Shown one piece after another: positions 55,993-64,000 of a stretch of 64,000 nucleotides of DNA. Position 1 is the stretch's first letter, and every line of letters starts with the position of its first letter. Under the pieces are notes generated by a model. That model was not told the origin of the DNA, did not search any database, and saw only the letters and a program-made list of their open reading frames with translations. Position numbers and translations under genes: made by a program. Source of the stretch: an uncultured Clostridia bacterium. GTDB taxonomy: Bacteria; Bacillota; Clostridia; Christensenellales; UBA1242. The stretch lies in assembly GCA_944377145.1 (NCBI GenBank), contig CALWEH010000003.1, positions 55,655 through 119,654 on the forward strand, read 5' to 3'.

Positions 55993-57069
55993 TTATGCGG
56001 AAATGTATGAATTCCCTGCAACTTTTACAATTATACCATTCATCACCATTTCCATCAACTTGTTATTCAACTCTCGTGCTGGAAGTTTTGTAAAATCTGC
56101 AATCTCTTGAAACGACTTTTTTTCCGCTAGTATATAATTTAATATAGTTTCAGCAACAATGTCAAGTTGATGAGATGATTTTTTAGAATTTTGCACAACA
56201 TTTATATTTAATACATTTAATATCTCTTCTGGACAAATTACCAATGTAGCCTGACATTGTTTAATTATATTGTTTGTTCCCACACTTTCGATAGAAGTGA
56301 TTTTTCCAGGAATTGCAAACACCTCTCTTCCATTTTCAATAGCATAATTTTTGGTATGTAATGCACCACTTTTAGCTCCTGCTTCAGTGATTAGAGTTCC
56401 TTTTGTTAAACCTGCAATTATTCTATTTCTTATAGGAAAATTGTGTACACTTGGTTCAGTATTAGGTTCATATTCACTTACCACCAAACCAAAATGACAT
56501 ATTTGCTGATATAACCCATAATTTGCTTGAGGATATACATGATTAAACCCTCCACCTAAAACAGCTATAGTTTTTCCATTATTATCTAAAGCTGTTTTAT
56601 GAGCAATAGCATCTACACCTAAAGCTAAGCCAGACACAATCACCAAACCAGCTTGAGAAAGTTCTCTAGTAAATGACGCTGTAGTTACCTGACCATATTC
56701 ACTACATTTTCTACTACCTACTATAGCTATGCTAGGGCATTTTAATAAACTAACATCACCTTTACAGTACAAGCAAAGTGGAGGTTCTTGAATTTGTTTT
56801 AATAATTCAGGATAATCCTCACTATAAATCGACACAATTTTAATTCCAGCTCTTTCATATTCATCTAAAACTTTATTAAAATTATATTCATATCTCTTTA
56901 AAATATTTAATTCTCTTTCTGTTAACAAAGGTTTTAAAGTTGGTTCAATTTTATCGAAATTTTCTTGCAAATCTTCATCAACATCAAACATTTTTAATAT
57001 TTTTGCTTTTTTAGCATTAGTCATGTTTGCCATATTTAAAAATAATATATTTTTTTCTGCTATTATCAT
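55993..57069 (-). CDS. dprA: DNA processing protein DprA (Smf)
   Basis: 358 aa: IAIVGSRK.S.YG......F...L...G..IVSGLA.G.D..AH..AL, with a C-terminal winged-helix-like domain. Confidence 0.9.
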   Translation of the reverse strand: MIIAEKNILFLNMANMTNAKKAKILKMFDVDEDLQENFDKIEPTLKPLLTERELNILKRYEYNFNKVLDEYERAGIKIVSIYSEDYPELLKQIQEPPLCLYCKGDVSLLKCPSIAIVGSRKCSEYGQVTTASFTRELSQAGLVIVSGLALGVDAIAHKTALDNNGKTIAVLGGGFNHVYPQANYGLYQQICHFGLVVSEYEPNTEPSVHNFPIRNRIIAGLTKGTLITEAGAKSGALHTKNYAIENGREVFAIPGKITSIESVGTNNIIKQCQATLVICPEEILNVLNINVVQNSKKSSHQLDIVAETILNYILAEKKSFQEIADFTKLPARELNNKLMEMVMNGIIVKVAGNSYISA

Positions 57070-57079
57070 TCTCTATTCC

Positions 57080-58612
57080 TTACACATCGAATTTTTTATC
57101 CATAGATCTATATTGTATTGCCTCTTGAATATGCATTGGTTCAATATCTACACAACCATCTAGATCAGCTATAGTTCTAGCAACTTTTAATATTCTAGTA
57201 TATCCCCTAGCACTTAAATTAAGTATTTTAAACGCTTTTTCAAGTAAAGCCACACATCTATCATCTAATTTACAATATTTTAAAATTTCCTTATCACCCA
57301 TTTTACTGTTTGAATATATATTAGTACCTTTATATCTTTCTAACTGAATCATTCTAGCATTATTCACTCTCTTTTTTACTTCACTAGATGGTTCCTCTAA
57401 TTCTCTACTTGCTAATTCTTCGTATGTAATAGCCTCTACTTCAACATGCAAATCTATTCTATCCATTAAAGGCCCTGAAATTTTATTTATATATTTATGT
57501 ATTGCTGTTGGTTGACACTTACATCTAACTGTAGGGCTTCCATAATAACCACATGGACAAGGATTCATGCTTCCAACCAATATGAAGTTTGCAGGATATG
57601 TAACAGTCATCATATTTCGTGCCACTGTAATAAAACCATCTTCCATTGGTTGACGCAAGACTTCCATTGTTTGCCTATTATATTCTGGCATTTCATCTAA
57701 AAACAACACTCCATTATGAGCCAAAGATATTTCTCCAGGTTTTGCATTATGACCTCCACCTGTTAAAGCTATCATTGTAGTAGTATGGTGAGGAGTTCTT
57801 ACAGGACGCTGAAAAACAATTCCTTTATCAGGATCTAGCACTCCTGCAACACTATGTATTTTAGTTACTTCCAAAGCTTCATCAAAAGTTAGATCTGGTA
57901 AAATAGTGCTAAAAGCTTTAGCCATCATTGTTTTTCCAGCTCCAGGCGGACCTATCATTAATATATTATGCCCTCCAGCTGCAGCAATTTCAAGTGCACG
58001 TTTTGCACTTGCTTGCCCTTTCACATATTTAAAATCATATTTACTTTCAAATTCATGTTGCAAATCATAGAATGATTTAGTTTCAATATTTGGAAGTTTT
58101 ATTTCTCCTGTAACAAATTTAACCATTTCTGTTAAATTTCTAACAGCATATACTTCTACATCATCTATAAAAGACGCTTCTACTAAATTTTCGTATGGGA
58201 TAATAAATTTATTAAAACCTCTTTGCTTAGCTGAAATCAACATAGGTAATATTCCATTTACTTTGCTAACTCCACCATCTAACGACAATTCTCCTAAAAT
58301 TATGTAATCTTTTACTTGAGCTTGTGAAATTGTTGCATTGGATACCAATATTCCTGTAGCTATAGGTAAATCATACAATGAGCCAACTTTTTTAGTATGA
58401 GCAGGAGCCAAATTCACTATAACTTTATTAATAGGATAATTATAACCACTATTTTTTATTGCAGCTCTAACTCTTTCTTTACTTTCCTTTACAGCAGTAT
58501 CTGCTAAACCCACCACATCATATCCAGGCACTCCCGCATTTATATCAATTTCCACCTTTACTTCATAGCCATCTATACCTATGAAGCCATAACTCATAAT
58601 TTTCGATAACAT
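57080..58612 (-). CDS. comM: YifB/ComM family Mg-chelatase-like AAA+ ATPase
   Basis: G..G..V.VE.DI..G.P....VGL.D.AVKES..RV, GPPGAGKTM, FLDE.PE. Start at ATG 58612 after AAGAGG. Confidence 0.9.
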   Translation of the reverse strand: MLSKIMSYGFIGIDGYEVKVEIDINAGVPGYDVVGLADTAVKESKERVRAAIKNSGYNYPINKVIVNLAPAHTKKVGSLYDLPIATGILVSNATISQAQVKDYIILGELSLDGGVSKVNGILPMLISAKQRGFNKFIIPYENLVEASFIDDVEVYAVRNLTEMVKFVTGEIKLPNIETKSFYDLQHEFESKYDFKYVKGQASAKRALEIAAAGGHNILMIGPPGAGKTMMAKAFSTILPDLTFDEALEVTKIHSVAGVLDPDKGIVFQRPVRTPHHTTTMIALTGGGHNAKPGEISLAHNGVLFLDEMPEYNRQTMEVLRQPMEDGFITVARNMMTVTYPANFILVGSMNPCPCGYYGSPTVRCKCQPTAIHKYINKISGPLMDRIDLHVEVEAITYEELASRELEEPSSEVKKRVNNARMIQLERYKGTNIYSNSKMGDKEILKYCKLDDRCVALLEKAFKILNLSARGYTRILKVARTIADLDGCVDIEPMHIQEAIQYRSMDKKFDV

Positions 58613-58771
58613 TCTAAACCTCTTGTTATAATATATCATACCTGAATATAAATTACAAGAAAAATCATGCCATTTTTAGTTATTATTTATGTAAATATAG
58701 CAACAATTTATTCAGTTCGATTATTTTTCGATAATTAACAATAAAAAGTTTAATTATATATTTTTACCAAA

Positions 58772-58797
58772 TAAAAAAAAGCACTAATGTGCTTTTA
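58772..58797 (-). terminator. rho-independent terminator after the K/S/T-rich gene
   Basis: Minus strand: AAAAGCAC-ATTA-GTGCTTTT followed by further T residues. Confidence 0.8.
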
Positions 58798-58800
58798 ATT

Positions 58801-59397
58801 TTATTTTGTTTTATTTGTTGATTTTGTACTAGTTTTACTAGTTGATTTTGCATTAGAAGTTTTTGTACTAGTAGCAGATTTTGTTGAATTAGATTTTGTT
58901 TTTGCTTCAGCAGATTTTGTTGAATTAGATTTTGTTTTTGCTTCAGCAGATTTTGGAGTAGATGTTGAAGTCTTTGAGCTAGTTTTTGTAGATTTAGTTC
59001 CAGCTGACTTTGACACAGCTTTTTTAGCAGGAGCTTCTTCTGCCTTAACAGGAGCTTCTTCTGTTTTAGCAGGAGCTGCTTGTTCTACTATTTCTTTTTT
59101 TGTTGCAACTTTTGCTTTTGCACTAGTTGAAGTAGAAGCTTTTTTAGTAGAACTAGTTTTCTTTACTACAGGTTGTGTATCAGCTATTACACTTTGCTCT
59201 TCTTTTACATCTTCTTCCATTACCTCTTTTTCAACCTCTTGCTTTGGAAGTTCAGCTTGCTTTGTTTTAGCTTTATATTCAGCAACTAATTTTTTATCTT
59301 TAGCGTCCATAACAATTAAAGCAACCACAAGACCAACTAATATAACTCCTAAAACTATTAAAATAACAATCCAATTATCTGTAATAAAATTTGACAT
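58801..59397 (-). CDS. membrane-anchored low-complexity Lys/Ser/Thr/Ala-rich protein
   Basis: 198 aa with one N-terminal TM helix (WIVILIVLGVILVGLVVALIV). It continues with an E/K-rich linker, PAK/PVK repeats and an S/T/K tail carrying an exact SAEAKTKSNSTK duplication. Confidence 0.6.
   Translation of the reverse strand: MSNFITDNWIVILIVLGVILVGLVVALIVMDAKDKKLVAEYKAKTKQAELPKQEVEKEVMEEDVKEEQSVIADTQPVVKKTSSTKKASTSTSAKAKVATKKEIVEQAAPAKTEEAPVKAEEAPAKKAVSKSAGTKSTKTSSKTSTSTPKSAEAKTKSNSTKSAEAKTKSNSTKSATSTKTSNAKSTSKTSTKSTNKTK
58874..58956 (-). repeat. perfect 36-bp tandem duplication (2.3 copies) in the K/S/T-rich gene
   Basis: GCAGATTTTGTTGAATTAGATTTTGTTTTTGCTTCA occurs at 58874 and 58910, with a partial third copy at 58946. 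Confidence 0.9.
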
Positions 59398-59540
59398 ATT
59401 AAAAATCCCCTTTTACTTAACTATATTAATAATATCACATACATTTAAAAAATCAAAATAAATTTCGACAAATTTTTAATTTTATTAACAAAATTTTTAA
59501 TATTTATGTTAAAAAAGAGTCTAATCTTAATTAAATGATA

Positions 59541-59570
59541 TAAAAAAGAGCATTAGATTTGCTCTTTTTA
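59541..59570 (-). terminator. rho-independent terminator after spoIVA
   Basis: Minus strand: AAAGAGC-AAATCTAAT-GCTCTTT followed by TTTAT. Confidence 0.8.
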
Positions 59571-59579
59571 AAAATATAG

Positions 59580-61052
59580 TTATAATAATATGCAAATTAT
59601 TCCGCCTTTACCTTCGTTAACAATTCTAGACAAGGTTCTTCTTAATTTATTTTGTAAAGGTTTTGGCATAGCTGTTAATTTGTTGTTTAAATCTTCATTT
59701 ACTAAGCTTTCTAAACTTTTACCAAACATATTTGTTTGCCATATACCTTTAGGATTATTTTCAAATTCTTTTAAAAGATATTGTGCCATTTCTTCACTTT
59801 GTTGAACTCCTCCCATAATAGGGCTAACTTCTGTTTGGACTTCTACTTTCATTATATGTAAACTTGGAGCATTAGCTTTTAATTTAACTCCACAACGGCT
59901 TCCTTGTTTTACAATTTCAGGTTCCATCAATTCCATTTCATCTATACTAGGAACTACTATACCATACCCATCTTGTTCTACTTGAGCTAAAGCATCTTTA
60001 ATTTTATCGTAAGCTGTTTTTGCTTTAGTTAAATCTTTTAAACAGCTTATTAATTCAAAATCACTATTAATATCGCACCCACATTGTATACTTAGAACTT
60101 TATAAAACAAATTCTCTTTTGCTACCACATCATATACAATTTCCCCTTGACCCATTTGAATATTGCTAGATAATATTGGTTCAAAATTTTCGCTATTTTC
60201 AAATAAAGCCACATTAGCATCTCCCACAGTTTGAACATCTTGCATGCTATTCATAACAGTTTCTACTATTTCATTTATAATTTGATGATTTTTAGGCAAA
60301 GCTCTTAAATAATTTGGAATTTTTACACTTACCACTTCAAGTGGAAATTGAGTTAACACATTACTCATTATATTATCAATATCTCCTTTAGATAAATTAT
60401 ACACATCACAACACACTACAGGCACTTTATATTGCACAGATAGAGTTTGCTTTAACTTTTGCGTTTTTTCACTTTTCACATTTGCAGAGTTTAATACTAT
60501 CACAAAAGGTTTTTTACTATGTTTTAATTCTTTCACTAATTTAGATTCAACTTTAGCATAACTATCTCTAGGGATATTGCCAAAACTACCATCTGAAGTC
60601 ATAAGAATTGCAATATTTGAATGTTCGCTAATCACTCGTTTTGTTCCTAAGGTAGCAGCTTGAGCAAATGGCATTTTTTCTTTACTCCAAGGAGTTTCTA
60701 CAAGACGAGGCTGATTATTCTCCTCATAGCCACTAGCTCCATCTACTAAATATCCTACACAGTCTATCATTCTTAATTTAAAAGAAATATTGTCAATATT
60801 TACTTCCACAGGTTCACTAGGAACAAATTGAGGTTTAGTAGTCATAATCATTGTTCCGTCACCTGCTTGAGGCAATTCATCTTCTGTACGTGACAAATCG
60901 TACTTATTTGTAATATTTGGCAAAACAAAATTGCGCATACACTTACTAATAAATGTTGACTTCCCGCACCTAACAGGACCTACCACACCTATATACACAG
61001 CACCATTTGAACGTTGGGCAATATCTTTGTATATGCCGAATTCAAAATCCAT
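59580..61052 (-). CDS. spoIVA: stage IV sporulation protein A (spore coat basement-layer ATPase)
   Basis: 490 aa: IY.DIA.RS.G.VYIGVVGPVR.GKSTFI with Walker A. The length and conserved C-terminus (GKGGIICIL) are typical of SpoIVA. Confidence 0.93.
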   Translation of the reverse strand: MDFEFGIYKDIAQRSNGAVYIGVVGPVRCGKSTFISKCMRNFVLPNITNKYDLSRTEDELPQAGDGTMIMTTKPQFVPSEPVEVNIDNISFKLRMIDCVGYLVDGASGYEENNQPRLVETPWSKEKMPFAQAATLGTKRVISEHSNIAILMTSDGSFGNIPRDSYAKVESKLVKELKHSKKPFVIVLNSANVKSEKTQKLKQTLSVQYKVPVVCCDVYNLSKGDIDNIMSNVLTQFPLEVVSVKIPNYLRALPKNHQIINEIVETVMNSMQDVQTVGDANVALFENSENFEPILSSNIQMGQGEIVYDVVAKENLFYKVLSIQCGCDINSDFELISCLKDLTKAKTAYDKIKDALAQVEQDGYGIVVPSIDEMELMEPEIVKQGSRCGVKLKANAPSLHIMKVEVQTEVSPIMGGVQQSEEMAQYLLKEFENNPKGIWQTNMFGKSLESLVNEDLNNKLTAMPKPLQNKLRRTLSRIVNEGKGGIICILL

Positions 61053-61080
61053 AAATCCTCCAATAAATGTAATTTACATT

Positions 61081-61109
61081 AATGTATGTGACAAATTTTG
61101 CAAATATTA
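61081..61109 (-). promoter_or_regulatory. sigma-E-type (mother-cell) promoter for spoIVA
   Basis: Minus strand: TAATATT, 14 nt spacer, CATACATT. This matches the B. subtilis sigma-E consensus kmATATT-(13-15)-CATACAnT and lies about 28 nt upstream of the ATG. Confidence 0.6.
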
Positions 61110-61130
61110 CAATTTATTATTAATTTTTAC

Positions 61131-61160
61131 AAAAAAAAAGAATGGATCAATTCCATCTTT
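61131..61160 (-). terminator. rho-independent terminator after plsY
   Basis: Minus strand: AGATGGA-ATTGA-TCCAT(T)CT followed by 9 T. Confidence 0.65.
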
Positions 61161-61161
61161 T

Positions 61162-61926
61162 TTATTGCCGTTCAGTTCCAGACGATGTATCTTGAGAGTT
61201 TGAATCATCTTGAGATTTTTTTACATTTAATATTTCTACTTTTGTCTCATTATCTTGTTTTTCAAAACTTTCATTTTCATTAGAGTCTTTTTTATCTAAA
61301 TGGAAATCTTGCTTAAATGCTTTACGAATATTTGTAGGATTTTCTTTTCCAGCAAACAAACGCTTTATATTCCCTCTATGAACATATAATATAATAGAAG
61401 CAACTAATAACAACAAAATATAGCATATCCAGCCATAAGAAGCAGGCTGTATTAAAAATAATTGAATAATTGTAGATATTAACACAAATCCAAGAGTTCC
61501 TACTGAACCAATGCTTGTAATAACTACAAATATAAAACATGCTGCAAATACTATTAAAAATACCCACCAAGGAAGTGCTATTAAGCTAAATCCAGCAAAA
61601 GCCGCCACACCTTTTCCACCTTTAAATTTGTAAAACACTGGAAATATATGACCTAAAATAACTGCTGTTCCCGCCAAATACATAGCCTCTTGCCCTAACC
61701 ATAATTTACCTATCAATGTAGGGATAGCACCTTTACATATTTCTAACAAAAGATTAAGTATGGCCAATTTAAAGCCATACGTTCTAAGCATGTTTAATGT
61801 TCCAGGATTTCCGCTACCATGCTGAGTTATATCATCATTTTTAGAATGAGAAATAATTTTAGCAAAATTAATATTCCCCAACAAATAACTTCCTAATGTT
61901 AAAATACATAAATATAAAATTTTCAT
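61162..61926 (-). CDS. plsY: glycerol-3-phosphate acyltransferase PlsY with a ~55-aa hydrophilic C-terminal extension
   Basis: GS.L.GNINFA.I......D....GSGNPGT.N..R..G, F.GGKGVA. The tail is D/S/N/E-rich. Confidence 0.9.
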   Translation of the reverse strand: MKILYLCILTLGSYLLGNINFAKIISHSKNDDITQHGSGNPGTLNMLRTYGFKLAILNLLLEICKGAIPTLIGKLWLGQEAMYLAGTAVILGHIFPVFYKFKGGKGVAAFAGFSLIALPWWVFLIVFAACFIFVVITSIGSVGTLGFVLISTIIQLFLIQPASYGWICYILLLLVASIILYVHRGNIKRLFAGKENPTNIRKAFKQDFHLDKKDSNENESFEKQDNETKVEILNVKKSQDDSNSQDTSSGTERQ

Positions 61927-62045
61927 CTATCACCTATAATATTCAATTATATTTTAATATAACTTGTACAATTTTGCAACTATTTTAGTATGTTTACAAA
62001 AATTAGCTATATTTTTAATGTATAAAAATAAATTTTTAATATATG

Positions 62046-63362
62046 TTAATCTTCATTCCTTGACTTAAAATTAAATTTTATAGGTGTACCTTTAAAATCA
62101 AAAGCTCGTCTAAAAGCATTTTCTAAATATTTCATATATGAATTTTCTATTAGTGAAGCGTCATTGCAATATATATCAAATGTTGGAGGACACACACCAG
62201 ATTGCTTTCCATGAGTAATTTTTAATCTTTTTCCATTTTTAAATGGTGGTTGAGTAACACTTATAGCATTTACCAATACATTGTTAAATAACCCCATGCT
62301 AATTTCTCTAGTTGCATTAACATATACTTGTTCAACAGTTTCCATAACTTTACCTGTTCGCTTACCTTCTTTACAAGAAATGAATACAGGGATAAAATAT
62401 TTCATAAAAGCTAAATCTACTTCCATTTTCTTTTTAAATTCTTCCATAGTTCCTGAAGTCTTATCTATTAAATCCCATTTATTCACTACAATCACACTAG
62501 GTTTACCTTGTTCATGAATTAATCCTGCTATTTTCACATCTTGTTCTGTTATACCCTCAAAAGCATCTATAACTAAAATTGCCACATCACATCTAGATAT
62601 AGCGTCTAAACTTCTAACAGCACTATAGCGTTCAATACTTGACGGCTCAATTTTACTTTTCTTTCTAAGTCCAGCTGTATCAATAATTATATAATCTTTA
62701 CCATTATATCTAAAAGGAACTTCTATAGCATCTCTAGTAGTTCCAGCAATAGAACTTACAGCCACACGTTTTTCCCCTACTAAATAATTTGTAAGTGTAC
62801 TTTTGCCAGCATTTGGTTTTCCCACTATAGCTAATTTCAATCCTTTATTAGCTTCGCTTTCTGGAATCTGTTTTATTTTAGCTATAATTGCATCAAGCAA
62901 TTCTCCTACTCCCTTCCCATGCTCTACAGACACTCCAAAAGGTTCACCCAAGCCCAAATCATAAAATTCATAAGTTTTTTCAACTTCATTGTTATCTAAT
63001 TTATTTACAGCTAAAATTTTGGGAGCTTTAGCTTTTCTCAAATAAGTAGCAACTTCTTTATCTTGAGCAGTCATTCCTTCTTTACCGTCAACAAAAAATA
63101 CAATAACATCTGCAACATCTATAGCTAACTGTGCTTGCTCTAAAATATTTATATTTATTTCATCTTTTGATGTGAAATCTAGTCCGCCTGTATCAACTAA
63201 AGTAAATGCATATCCACACCATGTAGCATCAGCAAAAATTCTATCCCTAGTAACTCCAGGTATATCTTCTACAATACTAATTCTTTTCCCTACTACTTTA
63301 TTAAAAAATGTGCTCTTCCCAACATTTGGTTTTCCTACTATTGCAACAATAGGTTTGTTCAT
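62046..63362 (-). CDS. der: ribosome-associated GTPase Der (EngA)
   Basis: Two G domains (IVGKPNVGKST.FN, IVGKPNAGKST..N) plus a KH-like C-terminus. Start at ATG 63362 after AGGAG; the track extension overlaps the predicted promoter. Confidence 0.95.
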   Translation of the reverse strand: MNKPIVAIVGKPNVGKSTFFNKVVGKRISIVEDIPGVTRDRIFADATWCGYAFTLVDTGGLDFTSKDEININILEQAQLAIDVADVIVFFVDGKEGMTAQDKEVATYLRKAKAPKILAVNKLDNNEVEKTYEFYDLGLGEPFGVSVEHGKGVGELLDAIIAKIKQIPESEANKGLKLAIVGKPNAGKSTLTNYLVGEKRVAVSSIAGTTRDAIEVPFRYNGKDYIIIDTAGLRKKSKIEPSSIERYSAVRSLDAISRCDVAILVIDAFEGITEQDVKIAGLIHEQGKPSVIVVNKWDLIDKTSGTMEEFKKKMEVDLAFMKYFIPVFISCKEGKRTGKVMETVEQVYVNATREISMGLFNNVLVNAISVTQPPFKNGKRLKITHGKQSGVCPPTFDIYCNDASLIENSYMKYLENAFRRAFDFKGTPIKFNFKSRNED

Positions 63363-63393
63363 ATATTCTCCTCTTAACACTCTTAATAATTTT

Positions 63394-63422
63394 ATTATAT
63401 CAAATACAATAAAAATTTTCAA
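63394..63422 (-). promoter_or_regulatory. sigma-A-type promoter for der-plsY
   Basis: Minus strand: TTGAAA, 17 nt spacer, TGaTATAAT. Confidence 0.6.
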
Positions 63423-63443
63423 TCCTAAAATAATATAATAATT

Positions 63444-63476
63444 AAAAAATTAGTCAAAATTTATAATTATTTTGAC
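63444..63476 (-). terminator. possible terminator hairpin upstream of the der promoter
   Basis: Minus strand: GTCAAAAT-AATTATAA-ATTTTGAC, then TAA and TTTTTT. The stem is AT-rich and lies about 180 nt after the feoB stop. Confidence 0.35.
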
Positions 63477-63527
63477 CAACTTTCAAAAAAATAAAAATTA
63501 AAATATTTTTTTATTATTAAATAATTA

Positions 63528-63675
63528 TTTTTTTTATTTAATTTGCGTTATTTTATTTTTTATTTAATTTATATTATTAAATTTATTTTATTTTTAATTA
63601 ATCTTCTGCATTATTTTTTTAATTAATTTGTATTATTTTTTTAATTAATTTATTAAATTTATTTGCATTTATTAC
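63528..63675. repeat. degenerate AT-rich direct repeats (T-run + AATTAATTTGYRTTAT), about 5-6 copies
   Basis: Copies lie around 63528, 63553, 63591, 63614, 63636 and 63655. The clearest pair is TTTTTTTAATTAATTTGTATTA / TTTTTTAATTAATTTATTAAA. Spacing is 22-35 bp. The last copy overlaps the feoB stop. Confidence 0.55.
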
Positions 63676-64000
63676 ATGTTGAACAGTTGCAAAACATTTT
63701 TTTTGATTTTATTTTTTGATATATTATTTTAACGCTTAAAATAATTAATAAAATTATAACTAATAATATTAACGCTTGAACAACTCCTTTTGTAATCAAC
63801 GTATAAATTAAATATGAAATCATATAAGCACTAATTAACTGAAGGCTTACTCCAAACATAGTATATTTTAATCCAACCTCTTTTACTAAAACTCCAAAAT
63901 TTGATACACAAGGGAAATATAGTAAAGTAAATACTAGAAATGATACACCTGTTGCAAAATTAAAATACACAGCACTTGAGGCAACAGTTAAACTTGTGCT
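63659..64000 (-). CDS. feoB: ferrous iron transporter FeoB, C-terminal fragment (5' part beyond window end)
   Basis: The frame is open to position 64000 (..STSLTVASSAVYFNFATG..). FLVFTLLYFPCVSNFGVLVKEVG resembles the FeoB LLY.PC... motif, followed by final TM helices and a Cys-rich tail (CNCSTCNKCK). Confidence 0.65.
   Translation of the reverse strand, partial: STSLTVASSAVYFNFATGVSFLVFTLLYFPCVSNFGVLVKEVGLKYTMFGVSLQLISAYMISYLIYTLITKGVVQALILLVIILLIILSVKIIYQKIKSKKMFCNCSTCNKCK

Noticed and set aside
59422-59445. A plus-strand CATACATT (sigma-E -10-like) preceded by TATATT, which might drive antisense transcription into spoIVA.
   Set aside because: The spacer is only 10 nt against the 13-15 required, and there is no downstream plus-strand ORF. 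It is most likely a chance match in AT-rich DNA.

Overview
This is a very AT-rich window (by eye well under 35% GC, not computed). It looks like core chromosome of an endospore-forming, low-GC Firmicute, probably Clostridia-like; I cannot name the organism. I call 73 protein-coding genes, and 72 of them are on the minus strand. They form fused versions of classic Firmicute housekeeping blocks. Read along the minus strand from high to low coordinates these are:
- feoB', der-plsY-spoIVA
- comM-dprA-topA-trmFO-hslVU
- tcdA-trxA, nifS plus a nifU-like gene
- yebC-ruvC-ruvAB-queA-tgt-yajC-secDF-recJ-relA
- an M50 protease gene, then scpAB-ftsY-ylxM-ffh-rpsP-khpA-rimM-trmD-rbgA-rnhB-yraN
- rplS, then frr-uppS-cdsA-rseP
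- rimP-nusA-ylxR-ylxQ-infB-rbfA-truB, efp
- the complete spoIIIAA-AH operon, then asp23-nusB-xseAB-proS'

I found no rRNA, tRNA, CRISPR array or mobile element. Many rho-independent terminators and sigma-A-type promoters are readable, plus a textbook sigma-E promoter in front of spoIVA.

The most unusual items are:
1. A cysteine-less IscU/NifU-like domain fused to nine AT-hooks, in an operon with a cysteine desulfurase.
2. A PolC-derived protein (N-terminus, OB fold and exonuclease) with no PHP or polymerase domains, sitting at the polC syntenic slot.
3. The only plus-strand gene, which encodes two sigma region-4-like HTH modules. A second divergent sigma-like gene lies behind a perfect consensus promoter.
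4. A long RSH (Rel) whose hydrolase catalytic motifs are all substituted.
5. A phased 41-43 bp repeat array carrying Spo0A-box-like heptamers.

All homology calls come from reading motifs and synteny by eye; no searches were run. Hairpin and promoter coordinates were hand-counted and may be off by 1-2 nt. Several ORF-track starts were shortened where an ATG with a clear Shine-Dalgarno sequence lies downstream of an alternative-start extension.
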